Shown piece by piece: positions 30,001-42,170 of a stretch of DNA of 64,000 nt (position 1 is the stretch's first letter; each line of letters opens with the position of its first letter). The position numbers were made by a program, and so were the translations under genes. The notes under the pieces are model-generated. The model worked only from the letters and a program-made list of their open reading frames with translations, was not told the DNA's origin and made no database searches. Origin of the DNA: Eledone cirrhosa (lineage: Eukaryota). The stretch lies in contig OZ024745.1 of the NCBI GenBank assembly GCA_964016885.1, forward strand, positions 8,804,001 through 8,868,000, given 5' to 3'.

Positions 30001-33000
30001 GACTGGTGTGACAACATTGCTTCCTTGTAAATAGCCAGGACTAACACTAATGACTGGTGTGACAAAATTGATTCCATGTAAATAGCCAGGACTAACACTA
30101 ATGACTGGTGTGACAACATTGCTTCCATGTAAATAGCCAGGTCTAACACTAATGACTAGTGTGACAAAATTGCTTCCATGTAAATAGCCAGGAGTAACAC
30201 TAATGACTGGTGTGACAGCATTGCTTCCATGTAAATAGCCAGGACTAACACTATTGAATAGCGTGACAATATTGCTTCCTTGTAAATTGCCAGGACTAAC
30301 ACTAATGACTGGTCTGACAACATTGCTTCCATGCAAATAGCCAGGACTAACACTAATGACTGGTGTGACAACATTGCTTCCATGTAAGTAGCCAGGACTA
30401 ACACTAATGACTGGTGTGACAACATTGCTTCCATGCAAATAGCCAGGACTAACACTAATGACTGGTGTGACAACATTGCTTCCATGTAAGTAGCCAGGAC
30501 TAACACTAATGACTGGTGTGACAACATTGCTTCCATGCAAATAGCCAGGACTAACACTAATGACTGGTGTGACAACATTGCTTCCATGTAAGTAGCCAGG
30601 ACTAACACTAATGACTGGTGTGACAACATTGCTTCCATGCAAATAGCCAGGACTAACACTAACGACTGGTGTGACAACATTGCTTCCATGCAAATAGCCA
30701 GGACTAACACTAATGACTGGTGTGACAACATTGCTTCCATGTAAGTAGCCAGGACTAACACTAATGACTGGTGTGACAACATTGCTTCCATGTAAATAGC
30801 CAGGACTAACACTAATGACTGGTGTGACAACATTGCTTCCATTTAAATAGCCAGGACTAACACTAATGAGTGGTGTGACAACATTGTTTCCATGTAAATA
30901 GCCAGGAGTAACACTAATGACTGGTGTGACAACATTTCTTCCATGTAAATACCCAGGACTAACACTAATGACTGGTGTGTCAACATTGTTTTCTTGTAAA
31001 TAGCCAGGACTAACACTAATGACTAGTGTGACAACATTGCTTCCTTGTAAACAGCCAGGACTAACACTAATGACTGGTGTGACAAAATTATTTCTTTGTA
31101 AATAGCTAGGATCAACACCAATGACTGGTGTGTCAACATTGTTTCCTTGTAAATAGCCAGGAGTAACACTAATGACTGGTGTGACAACATTGCTTCCATG
31201 TAAATAGCTAGGATCAACACTAATGACTGGTGTGACAAAATTGTTTCTTTGTAAATAGCCAGGACTAACACTAATGACTAGTGTGACAACATTGCTTCCT
31301 TGTAAACAGCCAGGACTAACACTAATGACTAGTGTGACAACATTGTTTCCTTGTAAATAGCCAGGACTAACACTAATGACTAGTGTGACAACATTGTTTC
31401 CTTGTAAATAGCCAGGACTAACACTAATGACTAGTCTGACAACATTGCTTCCATGTAAATAGCCAGGATCAACACTAATGACTGGTGTGACAACATTGCT
31501 TCCTTGTAAATAGCCAGGACTAACACTAATGACTAGTGTGACAACATTGATTCCATGTAAATAGCCAGGACTAACACTAATAACTGGTGTGACAACATTG
31601 CTTCCATGTAAATAGCCAGGACTAAAACTAATGACTGGTGTGACAACATTGCTTCCTTGTAAATAGCCAGGACTAACACTAATGACTAGTGTGACAACAT
31701 TGATTCCGTGTAAATAGCCAGGACTAACACTAATGACTAGTGTGTCAACATTGATTCCATGTAAATAGCCAGGACTAACACTAATGACTGGTGTGACAAC
31801 ATTGCTTCCATGTAAATAGCCAGGACTAAAACTAATGACTGGTGTGACAACAGTGGTTCCTTGTAAATAGCCAGGATCAACACTAATGACTGGTGTAACA
31901 ACATTGCTTCCTTGTAAATAGCCAGGACTAACACTAATGACTAGTGTGACAACATTGCTTCCTTGTAAATAGCCAGGACTAACACTAATGACTGGTGTGA
32001 TAACATTGCTTCCATGCAAATAGCCAGGACTAACACTAATGACTGGTGTGACAAAATTGCTTCCCTGTAAATAGCCAGGATCAACACTAATGACTGGTGT
32101 GACAACATTGCTTCCCTGTAAATAGCCAGGACTAACACTAATGACTGGTGTGACAACATTGCTTCCATGCAAATAGCCAGGATCAACACTAATGACTTGT
32201 GTGACAACAGTGGTTCCTTGTAAATAGCCAGGATCAACACTAATGACTGGTGTGACAACATTGCTTCCTTGTAAATAGCCAGGACTAACACTAATGACTA
32301 GTGTGACAACACTGCTTACTTGTAAATAGCCAGGACTAACACTAATGACTGGTGTGACAACATTGCTTTCATGCAAATAGCCAGGTTCAACACTAATGAC
32401 TGGTGTGACAACATTGCTTCTTTGTAAATAGCCTGGACTAAAACTAGTGACTGGTGTGACAACATTGCTTCCATGTAAATAGCCAGGACTAACACTAATG
32501 ACTGGTGTGACAACATTGCTTCCATGTAAATAGCCAGGACTAACACTTATTACTGGTGTGACAACATTGCTTACATGTAAATAGCCAGGACTAACTCTAA
32601 TGACTAGTGTGACAACATTGCTTCCATGTAAATAGCCAGGACTAACACTAATGACTAGTGTGACAACATTGCTTCCATGTAAATAGCCAGGACTAACACT
32701 AATGACTGGTGTGACAACATTGCTTCCTTGTAAATAGCCAGGACTAACACTAATGACTGGTGTGACAACATTGCTTCCTAGTAAATAGCCAGGACTAACA
32801 CTAATGACTGGTGTGACAACATTGCTTCCATGTAAATAGCCAGGACTAACACTAATGACTGGTGTGACAACATTGCTTCCTTGTAAATAGCCAGGACTAA
32901 CACTAATGACTAGTGTGACAACATTGCCTCCATGTAAATAGCCAGGACTAACACTAATGACTGGTGTGACAACATTGCTTCCTTGTAAATAGCCAGGACT

Positions 33001-33014
33001 AACACTAATGACTG
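1..33014. repeat. 51-bp tandem satellite, about 647 units, truncated by the window start
   Basis: Consensus gccaggactaacactaatgactggtgtgacaacattgcttccatgtaaata repeats head-to-tail with recurring variants (tgg/tag, cat/ctt, act/atc, 1-bp deletion gtgtac). The array ends abruptly at ...aatgactg|atttta. Confidence 0.99.
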
Positions 33015-33295
33015 ATTTTAATTTAGAATTTAGCTTTGTTGGTTTCAATTCTTAAGATTAACGATTTTAAAATGTAATACGATTGAGGCTCTCAATATAC
33101 AGCAAAGGTCTACTCGATCTGAGCTGGTCTGGGGTTATAAAGCATCCAATGTTTATACACAGAACTTCTTGTAAATGTCTGATCCTGTGTCATTTCAAAA
33201 CTAAATGTCACTCTTTTATGATTTGTACTATGAAGATAATAGTAACCTGGTCGCATCACGAAAGAAATATACATGTGCAAATATACAAGCTGTTA

Positions 33296-33455
33296 ATACA
33301 CAGGTTGTTATTAACACATCTGTCACCAATGTGTAAATATACAGGTTATTATTAACACATCTGTCACCAATGTGTATATATACAGGTTGTTATTAACACA
33401 TCTGTCACCAATGTGTAAATACACAGGTTTTTATTAACACATGTGATCAATGTGT
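33296..33455. repeat. 41-bp minisatellite, about 3.8 copies
   Basis: caggtt(g/a/t)ttattaacacat(ctgtcacc)aatgtgt recurs at 33301, 33342, 33383 and 33424. Confidence 0.9.
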
Positions 33456-33480
33456 GAATGTTTTTCTCTCTCATTCTTAG

Positions 33481-33580
33481 TATAAGGAAGATGACTGTAT
33501 TACATCAACTGACCAATGATCGAATCCACAGTGCAGACATATTCCCGAACGGTCGTAGAACAATTTGTGTGAATTTATAA
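33481..33580 (+). CDS. Candidate terminal coding exon (IRKMTVLHQLTNDRIHSADIFPNGRRTICVNL*), host gene unknown
   Basis: A strong polypyrimidine tract and AG (tttttctctctcattcttag, 33461-33480) precede 100 nt of non-repetitive sequence that is open from 33482 to TAA at 33580. There is no homology or expression evidence. Confidence 0.3.
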
Positions 33581-33600
33581 ATTTTTGCAGTGCGAATCAT

Positions 33601-33876
33601 CTTATATATACATATAAGAGATGTATATATACGTATGAAGAGATGTACATATACATATAAGATATGTATATATACATATGAAGAGATGTATATATACATA
33701 TGAAGAGATGTATATAAAGGCATATAAGATATGTATATATACATATGAAGAGATGTATATATACATATAAGATATGTATATATACATATGAAGAGATGTA
33801 TATATACATATAAGATATGTATATATACATATAAAGAGATGTATATATACATATAAGATATGTATATATACATATG
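33601..33876. repeat. AT-rich minisatellite with 21-23 bp units
   Basis: Alternating gatatgtatatatacatat and gaagagatgtatatatacatataa units. Confidence 0.9.
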
Positions 33877-34315
33877 TAAGTGTTGCTATAACTGAGGGCA
33901 GAGAGCCGAAATGAACACCACAAGCATTCTATGAGATGTTCTCACGACTCTGCTAACTCACTGCACTTAACACCATTATTCAACCAATAGAAGTGACACG
34001 GATATTTTATGATCAAACAGTAGCCGTGCCACTCTTCCCCACTACGATGGCCATATTAGGACATTGTTCATTTAGTATCTTGGTTTTCATGCTATCATTA
34101 ACTCTTTGACGAGATATGTATATACTGGGTTTCCTAATTAATGCAGAAACTGGGTGTGGGAATGTGTGTGTGTGTGTGTGTGTGAGTAAGAGAAAACAGA
34201 CGCGAGAGAAAAAAAGAAACAGATATACAGGCATAAACAAATAGTTAGAAAAAACCGTAGGACACTCTCTCTCTCTCACACTATATATATGTATTTATTA
34301 ACATACCCCCGTCCC

Positions 34316-34316
34316 C

Positions 34317-34406
<90 letters not shown>

Positions 34407-34434
34407 ACACACACACATATATATATATATATAT
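34316..34434. repeat. (TA)n(CA)n(TA)n compound microsatellite
   Basis: Seen directly. Confidence 0.95.
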
Positions 34435-35219
34435 TTGCATGTCTATCTCTCTATTTGCGTGTCTCGTTGTCCAATTTAACCATCTACAAATTAATGCTTC
34501 GGATAAGGTTATGTCCATAAATGAAATTAGCTATTTGTAAATAACAAGAGAGCGAGGTGGGTGGAGGAGGAGGCAGAGACAAAGAAGGTGAGAGAATGAG
34601 AGTTGTGTAAGGAAAAAATTAATTATCAGTTCTATCGATCGTTCAACCATTTCTATCAAGTGCGGTTGTTTCGTTAATATTTTCTCTAAGGAATTTGGTC
34701 AAAGAGTAAGTGACCGATTTAAAGCAACATGAATCTCCATAACTACACATTAACCTTTACTTACGGATAAAAACTGATCACCCAATCATTAGCGGATTTC
34801 ATGTTTTGTTAGTTTACTTTTGTTTTCTTCTCATTAGCATTGACTGTGTGGCTTCTGTCTTTAGTCTTTATATCGAATGTTTGATGGTGAGATAAAGGAA
34901 GACGGCTGATAAGGGTGTTGATATTGGTAGTAATATTAGCGTAGCTAGTTGTTGCATGTTGCTGGTACAAAAGGTTGTTGTTGTTGTTGTTGTTTAGCCC
35001 CAGGTCAGCTCTCACTAAACAGACCTATGGTCAAAGTCATTCCTTTAATCAGACATTGCCTTATTCAATGTGTATTTTCGTTGTATTGTCTAATGTGCCC
35101 TTACCCCAAGGAAGATTTGGCTGCTATTTTTAACAGGTGTAGTGACACCGTAGAGGCTACCTCGCAAATGGTGGTAGCACAGTTTAATAGATTTAACTGT
35201 TGATGCTACCCCTCCCCTT

Positions 35220-35300
35220 GGCTACTGCTGGTACTAATTTTCAGCTGAGTGTAGTGGAGCAACGCGAAATGAAGTGTTTTGCTCAAGGTCCAAACGTGAG
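35220..35300 (-). mobile_element. SINE fragment (family 2 body)
   Basis: Reverse complement contains ccttgagcaaaacacttcatttcgcgttgctccactacactcagctg, matching the body of the SINE at 41924-42170. Confidence 0.6.
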
Positions 35301-35734
35301 TTTGATTCCTGAATTTATTAAAGGTATGGACGATAAAGTAGAAATAGGTAAATACCTGAATGTATTGTATTTATGGTGAAACACCTGAGACAAATCATGA
35401 ACATATGGAAACAGAAGACAAGAAATACCTTCACCCTTAAGAAAACCAAGTTCCCCAACAGAAGACAAGGAATAACTCCATCCTTAAGAAAACCAAGTTT
35501 CCTAGTATGGAAGATATATTAGAGTAACGAAACTTCAGTTGGTTTAGGCTAACTCTGGTATCAAAACAAATATTCTAATCACATTTTTGTAGTGGTATGA
35601 CTAATCAAGGTATATCAGGACTAAGTTACTAAGACGTCGCTAAATACATTAGGAGATATCGATACACACAGAAAGAGAATAGCAACTGAGGACAAAACTA
35701 GAGGAGATCGATTCAGACATCATCACTCACAAAG

Positions 35735-35845
35735 CGTTAAAAAGTTAAAGAATATGCTTTGCGGTATTTGTCCAGGCTGCCGAGGTCAACTTTGCCTTTC
35801 ATTCTTTTGGGATCAATAAAAGAAAGAACCAGTCTAGTACTGTGG
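35735..35845 (+). mobile_element. Degenerate SINE (family 1)
   Basis: gccgaggtcaactttgcctttcattc...aataaaa core shared with the copies at 35.9, 36.4 and 41.5 kb. Confidence 0.65.
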
Positions 35846-35919
35846 TACATTCTTCCTCTATATCTCTTTCTTATTTCCTCTCATTTTCATTCCCTTTTTT
35901 CTTCTCTGGAATAAATCAT

Positions 35920-36082
35920 CTGTGTTCAATCCTGGAGTTCAAATCTCGCCGAGGTTAACTTTGCCTTTCATCCTTACGGGGTCGATAAAATAAAGTACCA
36001 TAATGTACTGGGATCGATTTAATCGACTTTCCTCTTTCCCCAAACTGCTGGCCTTGTGCCTAAATCTGAAACCTTTATTATT
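35920..36082 (+). mobile_element. tRNA-derived SINE (family 1) with a Deu/Nin-like central domain
   Basis: B-box-like gagttcaaatc, then gcctttcatccttacggggtcgataaaataaagtacc, 3' end ggccttgtgcctaaatctgaaac and a ttatt tail. Confidence 0.8.
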
Positions 36083-36394
36083 GCTGTTGTTCAGCGTATT
36101 TGTATGTGTGTGTATATGTGTGTGTGTGGGGGTGGGGGGGGGGGGGGGGGGGGGCGTGTGTTTATGTGTGTGTCTGTTGTGCAAACTTCTAGATTTTTTA
36201 TCACACGTAAAAATTAAAAATCCAGAACTGAAGGGGAAATGATACAAAATAGTATTGGGTGCCTTTATGTTATGTTTGATGGATCACTTATGTTCCGGTT
36301 TCAAATCTCAGCAGGACTGTCTTTGCTGATAAAATAACATATGAATCTGCTGATGCTGTTTCTATTCCATTCTATATCAATAACATATTCTAGA

Positions 36395-36557
36395 TTGGTG
36401 AACATTGCAGTATTTGTTCTGGTTGTTCTGAATTCAAATACCACTATCGTTCGAGGGTCAATAAAATAAAGTACCAGTAGTAAAAGTCAATATAACCGAC
36501 TTGCCCCTCTCCTAAAGATTGGTGGCCTTGCGCCTATATTGAAAAAAGCATTTATTC
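36395..36557 (+). mobile_element. Degenerate SINE (family 1)
   Basis: ctgaattcaaatacc...ggtcaataaaataaagtaccag...ggccttgcgcct. Confidence 0.6.
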
Positions 36558-36812
36558 TAAATATTTTCAGAAAAGGCATGAACATCACATAATCTTAATT
36601 TAAATTTGTCTTAACTGTTCCAGGCCTTCAAGAGTGAATGGGAAGAGAGTATCCTCCTGGGGGCCTTGTCCAAATGCTTGCAACAGAGTAGATTAAGGGC
36701 TGGACTTTTACCTGCTGCTGGGGTCCTAAGCTATAGGGAATTTGACACCCTTCTCTAAAACAAATTCGGGTAAAATCTTAAAATAATTATATTGATGTTA
36801 ATAATGATAAAG

Positions 36813-36878
<66 letters not shown>

Positions 36879-37045
36879 TTAATTGTGTCTCATATAAAAT
36901 AATATACCCGACTTTCCACATAATGCAATATAGTTAGCACCCCAAACGTATAATTGGGAATATACTTAGGTATTTCCTAATGTTTGTTGAGTGAGATGGA
37001 AGTTGGTCGGAGTATCGCTATTAGCTTTCTCTGTTAATGTATTAA

Positions 37046-38668
<1,623 letters not shown>

Positions 38669-38702
38669 ATGTATATATATATATGTATATATATATATAC
38701 TG

Positions 38703-38755
<53 letters not shown>

Positions 38756-39237
38756 GTTTGATGATGTAGGGCTAAAGAATAAAAACTAATGATAGAAGCC
38801 CCCGAGGTTGTGTGACCCTAAGCTATAGGTTATTTACCTTATAGGTAAGTACAGCACTGCGCAAACTCCATTCAACGCATGCAAGTGACAGATGGGTTTA
38901 AGTCTATCACCCAAATACTTCACATCAGGATTTGTGCTCAGAACACGACATTCCGTCCGACGCTCTAACAATTCCACCAATCCATCGTCGCTCTAGACTA
39001 ATACAAGTTGATATTTATGTGATTTCAACTAAAATCAGAGAACCGGAATAAATACTGCAAATAATTTTGTTGTCCGTTCTGATAAGTCCTTTTAATTTAA
39101 AGACTGGACAAAATGTTTGGCGATATTTAGTTACAGACATTTGCGTTCGGAGTTCAACTCCGTCCGAAATTATCCTGCCCAAGTTGAAAAATCACTAAAG
39201 AAAGAACCATGAACATGTAACCATAGAGGTAAAATAC

Positions 39238-39404
39238 TATATTGTATAAAATATATGGTAAACTGGCCTATATCTTCTTAGGTACTCGGAGTTTCCTGAA
39301 ACAAGTTGATCTTTCCGATCGTTGGCGAACAAATGTAAGATCAACTTGCTTCGGAAAATTCCGAGTATCTAAGAAGATATAGGCCAGTTTGCCATATATT
39401 TTAT

Positions 39405-39412
<8 letters not shown>
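39238..39412. repeat. Hairpin with arms of about 76 bp and a 23-nt loop, abutting (TA)n
   Basis: tatattgtataaaatatatggtaaactggcctatatcttcttag...aagttgatctt pairs with aagatcaactt...ctaagaagatataggccagtttgccatatattttatacaatata. Confidence 0.92.
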
Positions 39413-39473
<61 letters not shown>

Positions 39474-39596
39474 GGTGTGGGATGCTTAAAGCCTCCGTAA
39501 GCGGTAGGCCGTTTGAGCACTCGATGCTCTTACAGAGCAGAGTATAATATCACAAAATAAACGGAGAATCAGTGGTGCGACGAATTAAACTTTATT

Positions 39597-39694
39597 AGAC
39601 ATATTACAATCGTTTCTCTCGCGACCAGCTCGAGGCACGATCGATGCAATGATCGAACCTGACTCAAGAAATCGCAAGATCCTCAGATACGTCT
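39597..39694 (-). ncRNA. Type I hammerhead ribozyme with extended helix II
   Basis: Minus strand reads agacgtat-CUGAGGA-ucuugcga[47 nt]ucgcgaga-GAAA-c-gauu-GUA-auaugucu-aauaaa. This gives an 8-bp helix I, an 8-bp helix II, a minimal helix III and a GUA cleavage triplet. Confidence 0.8.
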
Positions 39695-40322
39695 TGATTC
39701 TTCGAAGCAGAGTTTCCAAATGTCCAGTTACACCCGCGGCCTTCACTTGCCTGCTTAAATCCTGTTGTTGTCTGTCGATGAGTGGTCAAGAATTGTACAC
39801 GTCATCGGTATTTTTGACCACTCATGGCCGTTCTTTATCTGGTTCCTTTCATATGCCACCTGTCAATCAAAGTTGTTTCTTATACCGGAATTACTACTGT
39901 AGGACGTAAGGGGTTGTATGATTGAAACGCTCGCGCCCTGTCGCAACCTTCCCGGCCTGTAGACGCCCACACCCATGTGTCTCTCTCTCACTTTCTCCTG
40001 TCTATGTGAGAGGCAGCACGATCATACCAGCTCTGAGTCGTAGCTGACCACCAGGCTAAAGTCTCCCAGGCTGGCCACAACTTACTTTCCCTATTTTTCC
40101 ACGGTTACTTTTTTGCATGTTTCTTTCACCTGTGTATTCCCACGATGGGACCTGTACACTTTTTTCGTTCTATTCCTTTCCTATTTTTCCCCTTCTTCCT
40201 CCCCCCCCTGTTCTTCCTCCTTTCCCTCTCTTCCTTTTTTCTCTCCTTTTTTCTCTCTCTTTCTCTCTCCTTTTCCACCTGGCCTTTTGATTAATAAAAG
40301 GCCTCGGGCGCACCCGAACTAC

Positions 40323-40384
40323 ACCGATGTCCTGTAATTCAGCGCCGAAACATCGGTTCGGGATACATTTACAGCTGACGATGG
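40323..40384 (+). ncRNA. Hammerhead core motifs in a non-canonical (pseudoknotted) order
   Basis: accgauGUC-cuguaa (40323-40337), cc-GAAA-caucggu (40345-40357) and uuacag-CUGACGA-ugg (40369-40384). Helices I and III are in exact register; helix II is only 2 bp. Confidence 0.4.
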
Positions 40385-40480
40385 AAACTCCTTTCTTCCT
40401 TTCTCCTCCTGTTCCGTCCTAACCACCATCCTAAACCTTGTTTTTAGTAACCACACAGTTCCTTTCGTTTCATATCCTTT

Positions 40481-40551
<71 letters not shown>

Positions 40552-40558
<7 letters not shown>

Positions 40559-41300
40559 CTAGGTGGTTCAATGCAGGAGGATGCAGAACAATAATATAAA
40601 AGACGTATGACGCAATGAAATTCTCAACAGTTCATTAGGTAACTGTCTTTATCCCATTGCAGAAACTAATTAGTTGGAGTGAAAATTTAAGTAAGTAAGT
40701 TAATTCTTTAAAATTTTTTTTTTTTTTTAATTTTCTTATTTTACGTCTTTTATATTATTGTTCTGCATCCTCCTGCATTGAACCACCTAGGTACTATGAC
40801 ATAACCTGTGTATTTGCTGGCATTGGCGTACATCTGTGCGCTTATGTTAGTAGATATATTAAATTATCTATATTTATCTCCAAATCACTGATTTGTCGAG
40901 CAAACCTGCCAAAACCACTACTAATTTTTTGGGGGGTGTTAGTAGGCGTCTGTCATCTTACCATCCCATTCCTACTGACTAGCCTCTGTGTCACGTGATT
41001 GATTCTTTAGAATCGGCCATTTGACCAGTGGCAGTGAGAATTTTCAGTGCCTGGAATCCAGTCCTCGATAGCTGTTCCATTTACCGAATTATTATTATTT
41101 TTATATGAGTCCCCAGTGTCCGTGCATTGCCTGGAGACTTGGCTGAGAATAGACCTCCCTGATGACGCAATGAAATTCTCAACAGTTCATTACGTAACTG
41201 TCTTTATCCCATTGCAGAAACTAATTAGTTGGAGTGAAAATTTAAGTAAGTAAGTTAATTCTTTAAAATTTTTTTTTTTTTTAAATTTTCTTATTTTACG

Positions 41301-41310
<10 letters not shown>
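40552..41310 (+). mobile_element. Non-autonomous Penelope-like or retrozyme-like element between (TA)n tracts
   Basis: Direct terminal repeat of about 149 bp (40607-40755 and 41162-41310, period 555 bp), a perfect 56-bp inverted 5' segment (40552-40607 = reverse complement of 40742-40797), a hammerhead in the 3' repeat and no credible ORF. Confidence 0.75.
41155..41234 (+). ncRNA. Type I hammerhead ribozyme with palindromic helix III (dimer type)
   Basis: cucc-CUGAUGA-c-gcaaug[...]cauugc-a-GAAA-c-uaauua-GUU-ggag, where aactaattagtt is a perfect palindrome. The C:A mismatch at the base of helix II and the GUU triplet are suboptimal. Confidence 0.7.
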
Positions 41311-41343
<33 letters not shown>

Positions 41344-41443
41344 TGGTTACACAACAGTTAGTTCACCATACCGAGCAGTATGGTTATTGTATTATATTAT
41401 ATTATTCATCATGTATATATATTGTATTATATTATTATTCATC

Positions 41444-41590
41444 AAGGGCGGTGGATTAGCAGTAATAGAATTACGCCCCTTTCCATTCTGAGTTCAAATC
41501 CCGCCGAGGTTAACTTTGCCTTTCATCCTTACGGGGTTGATATGCACTGGATAATTGCTGGCCTTGTGCCAAAAGTAGAAACAATTATAT
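41444..41590 (+). mobile_element. SINE (family 1), internally deleted
   Basis: gggcggtggattagcag...ctgagttcaaatcccgccgaggttaactttgcctttcatccttacgggg...ggccttgtgccaaaag, with attattcatc on both flanks. Confidence 0.75.
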
Positions 41591-41703
41591 TATATTATTC
41601 ATCTATGTTATAATACAATATATATATACAATATAATATATAAAAACAAGATGGCGTAGGACAGAACAAAGGAGAGGCACAAAAACAAAGAAAAGAATCC
41701 CCA

Positions 41704-41746
41704 GTCACTGAAGAGGTCACAGAATGTGTGACGAAAGAACTTTGAC
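41704..41746 (+). ncRNA. Minimal, degenerate type I hammerhead motif
   Basis: guca-CUGAAGA-g-gucaca(gaaug)ugugac-GAAA-gaac-UU-ugac. Helix I is 4 bp, helix II is 6 bp with one unpaired G, and helix III is vestigial. Confidence 0.5.
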
Positions 41747-41923
41747 AATATATAAACAACCGTCTGGTTGTGGAACCAACCAGCCAACCGGAAATTTATA
41801 AATTCCTAAATTTATAAATTTATTATAATAAATTGAAGTGAAAGCAACTGGTGCGTGTGTTTCTTATTGGCAACATGACCCTCCCAAAGTATAACAATAT
41901 ATATTATATCATTCATCTATGTT

Positions 41924-42170
41924 GTGAAGGCGCATGGCTTAGTGGTTAGAACATTGGGCTTGCAATCGAAAGGTTGTGAGTTCAATTCTCGGATCGGGTG
42001 ATATGTTGTTTCCTTGAACAAGACACTTTATTTCACATTGCTCCAGTTCACTCAGCTGTAGAATTGAGATATAGGACTGGGGTCCCTATCATTAAATCGC
42101 CCAAGACACCTCCAACAAGATATACCTTGGAGGGGCCAGCTAAACCTGCATAGGTGTGAGCTGTCATACA
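41924..42170 (+). mobile_element. tRNA-derived SINE (family 2) with a 14-bp TSD
   Basis: A-box-like tggcttagtgg and B-box-like gagttcaattc. The TSD cattcatctatgtt lies at 41910-41923 and 42171-42184. Confidence 0.85.

Noticed and set aside
1-33014. CRISPR-like array
   Set aside because: Units are contiguous and near-identical with no unique spacers, there are no cas genes, and the context is eukaryotic.
33011-33040. Minus-strand splice acceptor (..aaaatcAG) at the satellite edge
   Set aside because: The CAG belongs to the repeat unit and the upstream tract is A-rich rather than pyrimidine-rich.
799-33048. Dozens of minus-strand ORFs (MLSHQSLVLVLAIY and GSNVVTPVISV types) as genes
   Set aside because: They arise from a stop-free 51-bp unit, overlap in two frames, mostly use internal or alternative starts, and are broken by amplified frameshifts.
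33892-33915. Hammerhead-like ctgag-ggc agaga gcc-gaaa
   Set aside because: The CUGANGA box is incomplete and helices I and III are absent.
41924-42000. tRNA gene
   Set aside because: The A/B boxes continue into a SINE body with a TSD and there is no complete cloverleaf.
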